The notes beneath the pieces were generated by a model that was not told the DNA's origin, ran no database searches, and saw only the letters and a list, made by a program, of their open reading frames with translations. DNA of 62,955 nucleotides, the filler included, from Hausera hauseri (lineage: Eukaryota), in the NCBI GenBank assembly GCA_046269625.1. It is 9 parts of 9 records of this genome, joined end to end, with 100 filler letters (N's around TTAATTAATTAA, not from the genome) between each part and the next. Parts side by side here need not be neighbours in the genome. Positions count along the whole stretch, not along the records: positions 1 to 10,198 come from JBJURY010226630.1; positions 10,299 to 14,955 come from JBJURY010487353.1; 7 more parts are not named here. One strand, 5' to 3'. Made by a program: the position numbers and the translations under genes. Shown piece after piece: positions 1 to 11,172 of this stretch (position 1 is the stretch's first letter; the number at the start of each line of letters is the position of its first letter).

Positions 1-115
1 CGTGTGATCGTGTTATCACGGGTTCAATACCAGCTGTGGGCATTGAATTTTTATTAAATCAAAACGGCTCCAGGGGCTCACCCAGCCTCAAAAATGGGTA
101 CCGGAGAAATTCCAA
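1..115 (+). mobile_element. tRNA-derived SINE fragment (5' truncated by the window)
   Basis: B-box-like GGTTCAATACC followed by core CACCCAGCCTCAAAAATGGGTACC, shared with copies at 3260, 4985 and 21480. Confidence 0.75.
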
Positions 116-839
116 AGTCTGAAAGGTCTATAGACCCATGTCGAATATCTGAAAGAAACATGAAAATAGTAATAGGGAAGGAACTCAGTAAGTTCTTATG
201 CATGATGAGTTAAGGGACGCAATATTTGTCTTTAATGTAGGCGCTGGCATTCTACGAAATAACACTACTTTTTTACATTTTGATGAAAGCCAGCAATTTC
301 AAAGAATTATGTTTATAATATTTTGGTCGTTCTGGAAAGCAAATCTATAAATTCTAATAAAATAGATGTAATGTTCACATTCATTAAAAACTATCACAAT
401 AATACTGCAACAACTTACATATTATCATGAATGGAAATCTCTGTATCTCCAGAGTACAAAAGTAACGTGGGCGAAAGAAACATGGCTCAATTAATATACA
501 CAGAAATGTGTTGAATGTGTGTTTTGAAACTATTTCTTTATTGACAACCATCATTTGTTTTGACAGGTGATTGAATTTTGGTCTTTTCAGGCGGGTTTTT
601 GATTAATTCTTTAGTTTTTCATGCATGGGGCTGTTCCAACTGTGAAGTTTTTTTGTGATTTTCTCTTCTCTTCGTTCTTTCAGACTTTGTATTCCTGCTG
701 TGGCTTCCATTGCTTCTATTGGTCTGCTTTTTAGACTGCCTGTCATTATTCGCAGTTCTGAGTTTTGGATTTTGTCTAGCTTCTGAAGGTTTGTGTTGCA
801 GCAGTTGAGTATGTGCCCACTCCATATTCCACCACTGGG

Positions 840-1450
840 CGAACATGTCCGACAAAGACATGTTTTGTTATTTGTATGTCACCACTCCCCCTCAACCCCA
901 AAACATGTCTGACAGTGTTTTTCATTCTTGCATTCTTGCTTTTGTAGCTTCCAAGTATTCGGTCTGTATTCGGTATGTAGCGCCCTGTGAATGTAAGATG
1001 TGAACTGCTTTGGAAGGTTGACAATGAAGATAATGAAAAGTGTTTTGGATAGTACTCATCCCTGTGGGACCCCTTCTAGTGTTGTAACCATTCTGTTCCT
1101 TCCTTGCAATTAAAACCGCTGCATTTTTCACAAGAAGGAAGTGTTTGATCCATTTTAGCATGTAGCCTCTGATTTATTTTTGGATTATTTTTAGGATTAT
1201 ACCTTCCTTCCCAGACTTTATCAAAAAGCCTTTGTTAGATTAACGAAGGTAACCAAGAGTTTTGACTTTTGCTGAAAGGAATCTTCTATATCGTGAGCGA
1301 GTTACGCCGATTGGTCATCAGTGCTCCTGTACGTTTTGAATCCAGACTGGCAGTCATCCAGGTGATAGTTTTCCTTCAGATATTTAAGAAGCCTGTTGTT
1401 AATGAATTTTCTATAGCTATACCCAGGCAGCTCAGAAGGTTGATTTGAGG
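840..1450 (-). pseudogene. Decayed non-LTR retrotransposon (LINE) reverse transcriptase
   Basis: Minus-strand translation gives INLLSCLG..EKFINNRL..QSGF..RSTDDQ..DKVW..MLKWIKHFL..GVPQG with stops and frameshifts. Confidence 0.75.
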
Positions 1451-1559
1451 TAAACTTGATTTTTAGTTTTTTGTTTCCCTTTTTTGCTCATTAACAAGTA
1501 AAAACACAGAACACCAGATAAATCGTAGATCATTATATGTTTTACATTAAACCCTGCAT

Positions 1560-1905
1560 ATATACTTTAATTGGATTGAACGTCATCGTCAAGTGCCACG
1601 CCGTGAAGCGTAGGTCGTTATGTATTCTTGATATCTCCAATCATCTCTACTGTTGACTCTCTTCCGTTCCATTCACGAAAATCATGCAGATACTTCATTC
1701 CCTGTCGTCCACTACTATTTTCTGGTATTATGTGATCAAGTTCTCGAGATATTCTCTTCCTAAAATATGGCCAATCATTGATGATTGTCTCTCCGTCTGA
1801 TTTGCTGATAAGCGCTCTTTTTGCGCCTGCTTCGTGTAAAATATCTTTATTTGTTCTTTTCGTTGTCCAAGGTATTTGCAAGATTCTTCTAGGAAACCAC
1901 ACTGT
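1560..1905 (-). mobile_element. RTE-like LINE 3' end relic
   Basis: MWFPRRILQIPWTTKRTNKDIL is the typical RTE ORF C-terminal motif. Confidence 0.65.
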
Positions 1906-2213
1906 GTTTTATATAAATTATCAGTAGTAAGTCATTAAAAATCAAATAAAATGAATATAAATTTGCTGTGATAGGGTTTAGTTTGATTTGCCGCTGACTA
2001 GAAACAACAACACCCGGTCAATTAGTTTGCCTCATGTATCACGCTAAGAGAAGTCCCCAGCTTTAAAATATGGTCTCTAATGTCAATATTACTGTCCAAT
2101 ATTGTCTGTCGCTCATTGTTCCCTCACAGTCAATTCCATTGTGTAAGATACTCTTCAGAGCAGGTGGTAGTAGCAATTAGAGACTTTTATTTATGGTAAA
2201 ATATTAAAATAAG

Positions 2214-2269
2214 CCCCGCCTTAAGCCACCATAGTGTCCAATCAAAGAGCAGGGTTATGTGTATATAAA
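2214..2269 (+). promoter_or_regulatory. Pol II promoter: GC box CCCCGCC (2214-2220), CCAAT (2238-2242), TATATAAA (2262-2269)
   Basis: Canonical order and spacing, about 140 bp upstream of the ATG at 2411. Confidence 0.6.
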
Positions 2270-2410
2270 CACTTACTAGAAGATGATTTTAGACCAAAGG
2301 CTTGCTTTAATAAAAAGGACTGCGGAGAAATACATTTGCTAATTTCTCGTGTACGTCACACGATCACTTTAGAATCCACGGATTTCAGATTTACTTGTGA
2401 GCGATTGACA

Positions 2411-5400
2411 ATGGAATTCCAGCAGCTGTGTGCTAACACAGGTTGTGGCTGGTGTGGAAATCTTAATGAACTTGAGGTAAGTGGTCAATAATGTATTGTC
2501 AATGTAGCATTTTCTTCATGTTATCATCATCATCAGGTGACAAACTGTGAAGCGAAGGTTGTCATGGATCTCCATCTCACGCGATTCCTGGTGTCGCCAA
2601 TCTTCTATGCTGTTGAGTTACTTCCGAACTATTCACGCAAACGATCCAGACAATTCTTTCTCAGCTGTCCACATCTTCTATTTATTGGTATTTTGCATTT
2701 TTATATGGTGACCGGGTACTTCATGTAAATGTTTGAATTATAGAATCATTGTTTTAATGATTAACTTGCCAACGGCTTTCCTCTTCTAACCTGGGATATA
2801 TATGTTCTTCGGAAGTGTTCTTCTAAATTTACGGTCGGATGTACTTTTCTTCTCTTGATTCCATTCTATTCCTCGAACTCTGAGGGCTTGTTCTACATTG
2901 TCAATCCAAAAATGTTCATTTGGTTTATAGGCTCATAAGGTCTTGTCCTTTTTCGTGTCAGTCGTTCTTCGCTCATTCTGTTGCTTGGTCAAACCATTTC
3001 AATTTGATCTAGCATGAGTAGGGCTTAATGAACATCAAGACCCTCATGTATTGTCTAGTTTTGTATTTTATCTATTAAATAATTGTCACGAAATGCTCGT
3101 AAAATATTTATTTATATGTTGATTTTAAAAGTACATAAGAAACTGAACTAGTGAAGAGTTTGTTTTTCAATTGTGAAAGATTTAAGAGAAAACTAGTTTG
3201 TTATCAATATTTTTAAGAAGATAAGTTTACTTAGTTTAGTTTATTCTTGCGCTTCACTTTCGATCGTGTAGTCGGCGCTCCGATCCCAGCCTTGGCGGGT
3301 TGAATTTCTCCAACCAAAGGGTTTCACCCAGCCTGAAAAATGGGTACCGAAGAGATTCTCTGGGAAAGTAAAGGCGGCCTGTCGCTATACTGACCACGTA
3401 CCCAAGTAAGTGCCGCTCGTCAAAGAAAAATGTGGGCACTAACTCCATGTTAGTTCGTAACCACTGAGCCACAGAGGACCCGAGGACCCCTTAATAACAA
3501 TTGCTGTGTTATAATTATTACAGTTTGTAAGAGTGTCTAAGAAAGCAATTAGTTTGTCATCAGTTTTTAATGTGATACAAAATTAAAATGAAATATCAAT
3601 TGTTTGCGATATTTGTTGTCATGCTTAATAACATACTAATGTCTTCCACAGGAACATGTCAAATGCTGCAATCATAGACCATCGCAATGTTTTTACTGTC
3701 AAAAAGAATTACCATACAACATCTTAGATCAACACACAGAGACTTGCCTGGTCTCCAAATTTGAAGCTTTGTTGAGACTGGAGGAATCTGCTTCACTGAT
3801 GATCGAAAATACACAACAGGTAAATATATTTTTATTATTGATATTACGTACTTGTCTTTCCCCGCGACCGCTTTGTGGAGCATAGGTCGTCTATATGAGC
3901 TCTCCAACTTTTTTTTATCTAGTTCCAGGTGTAGCCAAACGTTTTTGAATTTGCCTTTCTGCGCTTGGTAATTCATGGTCGTCCTACATTTCTGCTTCGC
4001 TGGGGACCCCATGTTAGTGAATGTCTGTATAATTTGTAGGCGTTTTTGCAGTGTGTGTCATGTACATCTCATCGTCTTCTTGCAATATCTTTGTCAACTG
4101 GGTGGGTTTGTTTTCTGCCAGAAGTCAGGGATAGTGTCAGCCTGTAAACGTTTAGTATTCTGGCATTTATGAAGGTCTGCAGTCTCTATGTGATCTTTGA
4201 TATCATTTTCCACGTTTGTGCTCTATGCAGCAGGACTGCTTCACGTTGCTGTTGAATATACGTATTTGGTTTCAACTGTTAATTGTCTGAATTTCCAATA
4301 ATGCAAACACCTGTCTGCCTTTTCCTATTCTTAGATTTTACATCGTCTTCTGTGCCCGCTTGCTATTATTTCTGCTGACCAAATAAGTAAATAATTTAAC
4401 ATCTTCCAGTATTCTGCCACACCCTTTTCATTATGTCTACAAATGAGATTATTTCAAATTGCATGCTGCTTTTCGTCATAACATTAAAAGCAGTATGCCG
4501 ACTCTATAGTATTGTGGCATATCAGGAAATGAGATGGTCGACGAAAGTTAGTACAATGAAGAAAGTTCGTCAAAGTGTATTGTCGAAAGAAACTGAACAT
4601 TACAATTTGGCAAAAACGAAAACACGGGCACTATTCCACAAGTTCCCATTCGTGGCCACATAATACAACATACAAACGTCTTCAGACCAAAAAAGAAAAA
4701 AAACACAAAACTGCAGACCGATTTTCTTCGTCTAAAGGCTGCCTGCCGGAATACTAGGTTTGTTGAGAGGCCTGTCTCGTTTAAACCATGCATGCTTTAG
4801 AGGCGGTTCTCGAAGAGAATCTAAATATATCAACATGTCTATTGGCACCACCAGGAGCTGAGACGTGACAAATAAGAAAAAAAAATGAAGAACAAGAGAA
4901 AAATCCACAACGACTTTCTACTTACAACTGGATTTATGGAGGTAACCCACCTCATTCTTTAAATGCTTGCACGTTAACAGTAAGAGCCGTAATGGCGGAG
5001 TGGTTAGTGGTCTCGTTCTAGATCGTATGGTCAGGGCTTCAATTCTAGAAGGGTGAACTTTTCCGACGAAAACGCCTCCAAGGGTCCACCTAGCCTCACA
5101 AAATGGGTACCAGAGAAAGTCTTTGGCAAAGTAATAGCGGCCTGGCGTTATGCTGACCACATACCCAATTATGTGCCGTTGGTCAATGACAAATGTGGAC
5201 ACTAACTCCACATTACTAAATACGTCTATAAGGCGCGAGTGGCTTTCCTTTACTTATTTTACTACGGGAACGTAAGAAAGAAAGTTGCACAATAGCAACG
5301 TCCGATAGCTTTTTTTTTTTACAATCAAACCAATAATGAAAAAAAGACATCTGTTGTTTTCTTTCTCTTTCCGTTATTGATTTGAATGTATTAGTAATAA

Positions 5401-5863
5401 CGAGAAGGATATGAACATTAAGTACAAAATAATTCCTCATAAATGAATGAATATTTCGTCTCCCTTACAGGTAAAGAATATGCCGGTCATGTGTGTGAAT
5501 TCTGATAAAGGCTGCAAATGGAAAGGTCCGGCTAATGAACTACAGGTAAGTTAGGCGTAATATTTGTGTACCTTCCGTTTTCTAAGTGCTGCATATAACA
5601 ATGCATACTATTATTAACACCACCATTACAACTCTTTTAATGACATTGTGTTTTTATGCAATTACTCTTCATACTAATGCACACTTCTTTTTCGACAACT
5701 TATTGTAATGTCATACAACACGTTTAATTAATGCATTGACAAATAACGATTGTGCGTAATATGCTCTGACGTACTTTTTCGTTTCTATCAACAGGAACAT
5801 CTGTATACTTGTGAGAATGAAGACTACAAACCGACACGCATGAAGAGAAGAAAGTTGTGGTAA
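2411..5863 (+). CDS. Spliced TRAF-type zinc-finger protein, 125 aa; exons 2411-2476, 3652-3819, 5471-5545, 5795-5863
   Basis: All introns are GT..AG and phase 0. The joined protein is MEFQQLCANTGCGWCGNLNELE|EHVKCCNHRPSQCFYCQKELPYNILDQHTETC...|VKNMPVMCVNSDKGCKWKGPANELQ|EHLYTCENEDYKPTRMKRRKLW*. The CxNxxGCxWxG...EH..C motif matches TRAF/SIAH-type fingers. Confidence 0.8.
2520..2750 (-). mobile_element. RTE-like LINE 3' end relic with (CAT)n tail (intronic)
   Basis: Short tandem tail plus decayed GRLRE..ATPGIA*DGD-type terminal coding. Confidence 0.4.
3260..3460 (+). mobile_element. SINE copy (intronic)
   Basis: Core CACCCAGCCTGAAAAATGGGTACC plus a 3' tail shared with the 4985-5213 copy. Confidence 0.75.
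3850..4430 (-). pseudogene. Decayed RTE-clade LINE RT C-terminal half (intronic)
   Basis: FTYL..., RIGK, RLQTFI motifs on the minus strand with many stops; 3' end CGACCTATGCTCCACAAAG. Confidence 0.6.
4985..5213 (+). mobile_element. tRNA-derived SINE, near full length
   Basis: A-box TGGCGGAGTGG, degenerate B box, core CCTAGCCTCACAAAATGGGTACC, conserved tail. Confidence 0.8.
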
Positions 5864-6899
5864 AAACAACTTCACACAAATTAAATACGTCTAGACTTGC
5901 TTCCTGGCTTCTCCGATGTGTGAATGTCGCAGATATTAGCTGGGATATCTTATATGTGGTGGTTCTGTTGGTGATTCAGTTGATTTTGTGTGAAATAAAC
6001 ATAAACTTTAAAATATTATGCATATTTAAATCCCTTCTATTTTGTTTTAAATGGCATTTCTTGTACATATTTATTTTATTAAATGAAATTTTTTGTTGTT
6101 TGTATGTTGTGACTAGGATTACGTGTCTTTATTCTAGTTTCGTTTGCAAATAAGTTATACTACAAGATATGAATGCCATTGTGTGCTTGTATGTAAATGG
6201 ACAGATATAATTTAATATCGCATCTGCAATGGAAAATGTATATACGAATTCAATAAAAGATGAATTACATAAGTTCATCTTTTTGTGTCATTATTTTGTG
6301 CTTCGTCCACAAAGTCAATTGCTTGTCTTTGTTATTTCTTATGTATTTGTAATATTTAATACAAATTATCACGTTTAGTGTTTAGTTCATCCTTGGATAC
6401 ACAGAGTTGTAATGTGATTTCTGAGTAATTATTTCACCGTGCAATTCTCTCCTCCAAGAATAATTTTTGTTTGGTTTCTCCCTTTTCAGTTCTTTTATTT
6501 TAACAGGAGCAGTCTTCCTGCGTGTCGAAATGATCACTATAAGGTGCCCGGTCGTACAGGGCAGACTGTCATTAATCTCAAAATCTCGCCATTGCTAGAT
6601 CCCCAGCCATCTCGTCTCTTGGTCATTTTCAGAAACAATCGCTTCCTTTCTCCTGGATCTATACTTCGTTTCTCAAAAATATGCAACTAAGAATACCCGT
6701 CGCAGTTTGATCTTACTAATATGATGTCTTTCTGTATAAATCGTATGCTTCTAAACAGTCATATCTATGTTGTTCCCTTTGACTTTATCAATGCTATTTT
6801 TCATTGCTCGGTGTGTATTACGTGAAGTGTTCTTTCGCCATGCTGTGATTTGTTCAAGCAAGGCCGCAAGACTGTATTTGCCAATGGCCGTCTTAATTG

Positions 6900-7935
6900 T
6901 CAGTGTACCATGAGAAACAGTCTTATGACTTGCTTTTTCGGCTATTTGTACAAACATACACCGCCCGCATTATTGAAAACCTGTCATCAGATTTACTATC
7001 TGTGAACTACAATCTTCTTAGTATCTTTTGCTTGGCTGAAACAAAACAGAATGTGACAACTACTAGTTATGCGTTCTCCCAAGTTGGTGAAAGAGAAGCT
7101 TCATGGGTCGCCTCTGACTATGGTAGCAACGTCACAGAAACAAAGCGGACCCACAGACTACAGTAGGATGCAGACATTGTGCATACCAAAACGAGACAGT
7201 GAAGCACTACGTGCTGTCTTGCTCCAAACTCCTAGAACTAAGACAGGTTCTACTACCTGACAACAAAAACATAGACTTAATCTTATATGGCAGCCCATAC
7301 CATCTAATTAAAACTGCACAGGAGAATTAGTGAACACTGTCTGCGGTTTTGCGTCTACATTAGCAGGTACTGGTTTGTTAAGGATTAATCTGCAACATGT
7401 TTTAAACTGTTATAAAAACAACCCAAAAGAAAGCAGCTGTTTAGACTTGGTGGCATTCCTGGACAGCATGTTCAGTATTGGAAAGGTAAATGACAAATAG
7501 TGGTTGAAATTCTATGCACACACACTTTTATGTTAAGTTTTGCCACAAAGAATGATGACGTCACCTAATTTCAGGTCACTGGCACCTGCTGGACTTTATA
7601 ATTGTACAGGGTAGAAGGAAATGCTGTAGCACTCGCAAAGAAAAATGGCTGATCCACAGTCGTGGAAAGAAAGCTTGTGTTGCAAAGAAAAAAAAGAAGC
7701 CGTGCTAGATTACAAAATAAATCCATACCAAAGACCCATGGACTTTCAAGGGCATGCAAAATTTGTACAACCGCGCGAATCCAAAATATATGTATATACG
7801 GAAAGGATTACTGGAGTCTGATGTGCACAACAATTCAAAGAGCAGCAGATATCGGCGATTGTAGAGATGTAATAGAACATAAGAGCAGTACTTAAACCAA
7901 AGATGTGGAAAACTGTTTGTTTAAAATGAGAGAAA
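6900..7935 (+). pseudogene. Possible highly decayed hAT transposase (C-terminal dimerization region)
   Basis: Fragments such as DPQSWKE..AVL..SIP and LKPKMWKTVCLK resemble the hAT dimerization domain; many stops. Confidence 0.3.
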
Positions 7936-8559
7936 TTGGAGATCATTGACAGGAACAAATAGACACATCCAACACTTAATCCTGAGAAAAAACTGAAAGT
8001 AAATTAAGGACAGCTCATACCGAAGAGCATGCCAACAATTCTTATTGACTATTACTATTATTGTGTTTCTTTCAGAAGGTGACATCACACCAACAGATGT
8101 CACCCTAAATGTAAATAAACTATTCAAATATTTAACTACCCAGAATTCACGGTAATTGCAAATCTCTCTTTAGGTAAGAAAATTAACATACAAATTGGAA
8201 GGGCAACTACCATTTTGTAAAACTGTCATAAAAGCATCGAATTATTGAAAAACTAGCACTTAGCACGAACTAAACCCCCTTACTAAGTAGATGACATACG
8301 CAACATTTGTAGACTAATGAACATCAAATGGCGAGACAGTGACCACAACAGAAGTACTGCAGCGTGCCAAGCTATCTCGCGTGTTATTATTTCGCAACAG
8401 AATACTTAAAACGGAGGACATGTTAAAATCATGAATGACCGGGACATTGCTAGAAACATTTGGTTTGGTCAATTGTCCCATTGGAGAGGAGAGGACTGGG
8501 CAAATAAGTAGATTAATGACGAAATATAAAGATATTGTTGATGTAGATGAGGAAAAAGG

Positions 8560-9130
8560 TGCAGATTAGCCTTAAACCTTGAGGCAGCCCTTCTGTGATC
8601 GATATTTCCCTGATGTTGTTCTATTTTATGTTGTGCAAATGTTTCAATTTGTTAAAATTTTTTGGATCCATTTGTACAGTCTTCCTTCCACTCCCACCTT
8701 CTGCATCCTGTAGAAGAGGCCATCTCTCCACACTCTGTCGTATGCATGTTTGATGTATACAAAGACTGCTGCAACATGACTTTTCCTTTGAAAAGCATCA
8801 GTTATATTTTGTACGAGACGGATCAGCTGGTCAGTGTTCTGCTTTCCTCTTCTAAAACCCACTTCTTAGGGGTGGAGGATATTCCCTTTCTCCAACCACC
8901 AGTAAAGTCGTGTGTTTAATTTAAGTTCAGCAATTTTCCCAATACTCGATGTCAGAGAGATAGATCAGTAGTTATGCATCTCACCAGCTTGTAGATGGGA
9001 ATGATGTTGGCTGTTTACCATCCATCCTACAGGAACAGTGACTTATCTGTATGTTTTCTATATAACATTTAGGATTATCAGCAATTTGTCTTCACCAAGT
9101 GTGAGTAGCATTTCATTGGCGATGTAGTAT
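8560..9130 (-). pseudogene. Decayed LINE reverse transcriptase
   Basis: GFRRGKQNTDQLIRLVQNITDAFQRKSHVAAVFVYIKHAYDRVWRDGLFYRM...KWI...GLPQG. Confidence 0.8.
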
Positions 9131-9565
9131 ATACAATTTCTAAAATGGTTACAACATTACTTTTTCCACTTGCTGTCAGCCTTTTTTGATGTCAGCCATA
9201 TTGTTCTATTATGTTCGCATCAAATCACAAGACATTATTGTTGATGCCACAATCAAGTATGCGGTGGCGTGCGGTGACTTTCCTAGTAGGGCACTGGCTT
9301 CCATGATACTTTAAGAAGCTAAAAAAGGTCCTTTTGATGTGATGTGTAGAATTATCATAAAAAAGGAAATTTCACATGTGACAACCTACATTGTGTAATT
9401 ACCATAAATTATGCATTTTTGCTTTAAAAATGAAATATACATACAAACAAAGATAAAAATGAACAATTAAACAGAAAAACCATTTTTAGAAAGGTATGAA
9501 ACATGATTTTTCTTTATAGGTTAAACAAACGAATGGAGAGTAAAACTCAAGACCCAAGACCAAAC

Positions 9566-9855
9566 AATGAAATAAACAAACAAATGTGTATGAACAGGCA
9601 CTCGATAGACCGAAAGAAGTAGGTAAGTGAGAAGAACACACTAGACAACAACAACAAACACACACAGAGGAAACTCGTCATTCCTGGAATCTAACCCGCA
9701 ACACTGAAAATACACCATCACCTTGCACCGACGGTAAGCCAAGCCATCTAGCCACTACTCTAACCATGCACCCTTATTGTTTTCTCCTTCTTATCTACTT
9801 TTTTCGTTCTATTGATTGCCCTGTTCATACACATATTTGTTAGTTCATTTCATTT
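9566..9855. repeat. ~70-bp imperfect inverted repeat (9566-9635 / 9782-9855) enclosing a minus-strand tRNA-like SINE head
   Basis: AATGAAATAAACAAACAAATGTGTATGAACAGGCA.. closely matches the reverse complement of ..TGCCCTGTTCATACACATATTTGTTAGTTCATTTCATT. Confidence 0.7.
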
Positions 9856-10198
9856 ATATGTTAAAGCAATCCTCCTAGAATTTAAAAGAAAGAGTATCGG
9901 AACGTGAAAAAATGTGGCTGAAAACCTCTGATTTGAAGTAACACCTAAAAGTTTTCATTTTTGTTTTAACTGTAGTGTCTAGAGTGGGCCTACCTTTCGA
10001 TACTATTTCTTTCTATTTCTTCAAAACCGAAGGCTTCCAAAGGTACGGTAACAGTCTGTCAGAATACAACATTGCGACACCATCATCATCATCATCATCA
10101 TCAGTCCCGTAACCTATGGTGGGTCGTTGGGGCACATTCAATGACCCTCGAACGACTCTTCTCCATTCGTCTCGGTTCTTGGCTGTGTTCTGTGATGC

Positions 10199-10298
10199 NN
10201 NNNNNNNNNNNNNNNNNNNNNNNNNNNNNNNNNNNNNNNNNNTTAATTAATTAANNNNNNNNNNNNNNNNNNNNNNNNNNNNNNNNNNNNNNNNNNNN
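10199..10298. other. Artificial contig spacer (44 N + TTAATTAATTAA + 44 N); identical spacers at 14956-15055, 20488-20587, 30796-30895, 35618-35717, 44109-44208, 49012-49111, 53054-53153
   Basis: The same 100-bp structure with a six-frame stop linker occurs eight times. Confidence 0.98.
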
Positions 10299-10447
10299 CT
10301 GCCGTGACCCAACATGCTCCCATAAGTATGCATAAGCAGAACAAGACGACCTAAAGCTCCTCCAGCACCCTTATTATGTCCAACCTTAACAGAAAATATG
10401 CCCCTGCCATGACCCACCATGCTCCAATAAATACAAATCTAGGAGGT

Positions 10448-10680
10448 GGACCTAGGTCCTCGAGGCAGTAGTGGAATGCTTCAATGCTCCAGGACACAAC
10501 AGGGAACAATCTTGTGTGTCTTCCCATTGGCCGGTAGGTTTCCTTTCTGTTGTCAAGGAGTCACAACGAAGACGTGGGTGGAGTATCAGGCTGTTTATGA
10601 GTTGTCATCTCTAGGACTGTGTACCAGGGCAAGCTATGAGCTTCTGAGAATCCTCACAGCACCGCGGACCCCATCTTGTA
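10448..10680 (+). repeat. Dispersed repeat, with a second diverged copy at ~12318-12545
   Basis: GGACCTAGGTCCTCGAGGCAGTAGTGGAATGC.. vs GGACCCAGGTCCCTCAGGCGGTAGTGCAATGC.., with colinear similarity downstream. Confidence 0.6.
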
Positions 10681-11172
10681 TTCTATAACAGACAAAAACG
10701 ACCATTTGTTAAGAATTCACAGTAAATAATTCAGAGGCACATGAAATACAAATAAAAGAATGATTCTTTCTTTAATAAACAGTTCCTTCCCGAGGCATGG
10801 ATTCAGTGTAAGATATACAACTTCTTCGGGTGCTGGAGGTCCGGGGTTTAAAAATATTGTTTAGCACACCGGGTTACTTTTTTTCTCTTTTTTTTTTGGA
10901 TACTCTAACAAAAACATTTCCGGATTTCTGGGTAGTGAGATCGGCCATCCGTTAACATTGTCATCACACTTAAAATACCTTGCCGGTCGGAAATCGAAAA
11001 AGAGTAGGTTCTAATGGCCGCTGCCTAGAAACAAGAATAAAGGAAAATCAACCCAATCCTACGGGGAAGAGACGGGGGCCTAGCCGATGAATGGAGTGGT
11101 GCACTGAGCTGAGATCATCCAGAATGGAAGACAGAGCACATATAGATAGATATGTTCGTTTTTGTTCTATAG

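Noticed and set aside
10072-10101. Poly-His ORF start
   Set aside because: It is a (CAT)n microsatellite, typical of a LINE tail
10243-10254. Recurrent TTAATTAATTAA motif inside N runs
   Set aside because: Artificial six-frame-stop linker, not a biological repeat; ORFs running into it are artefacts
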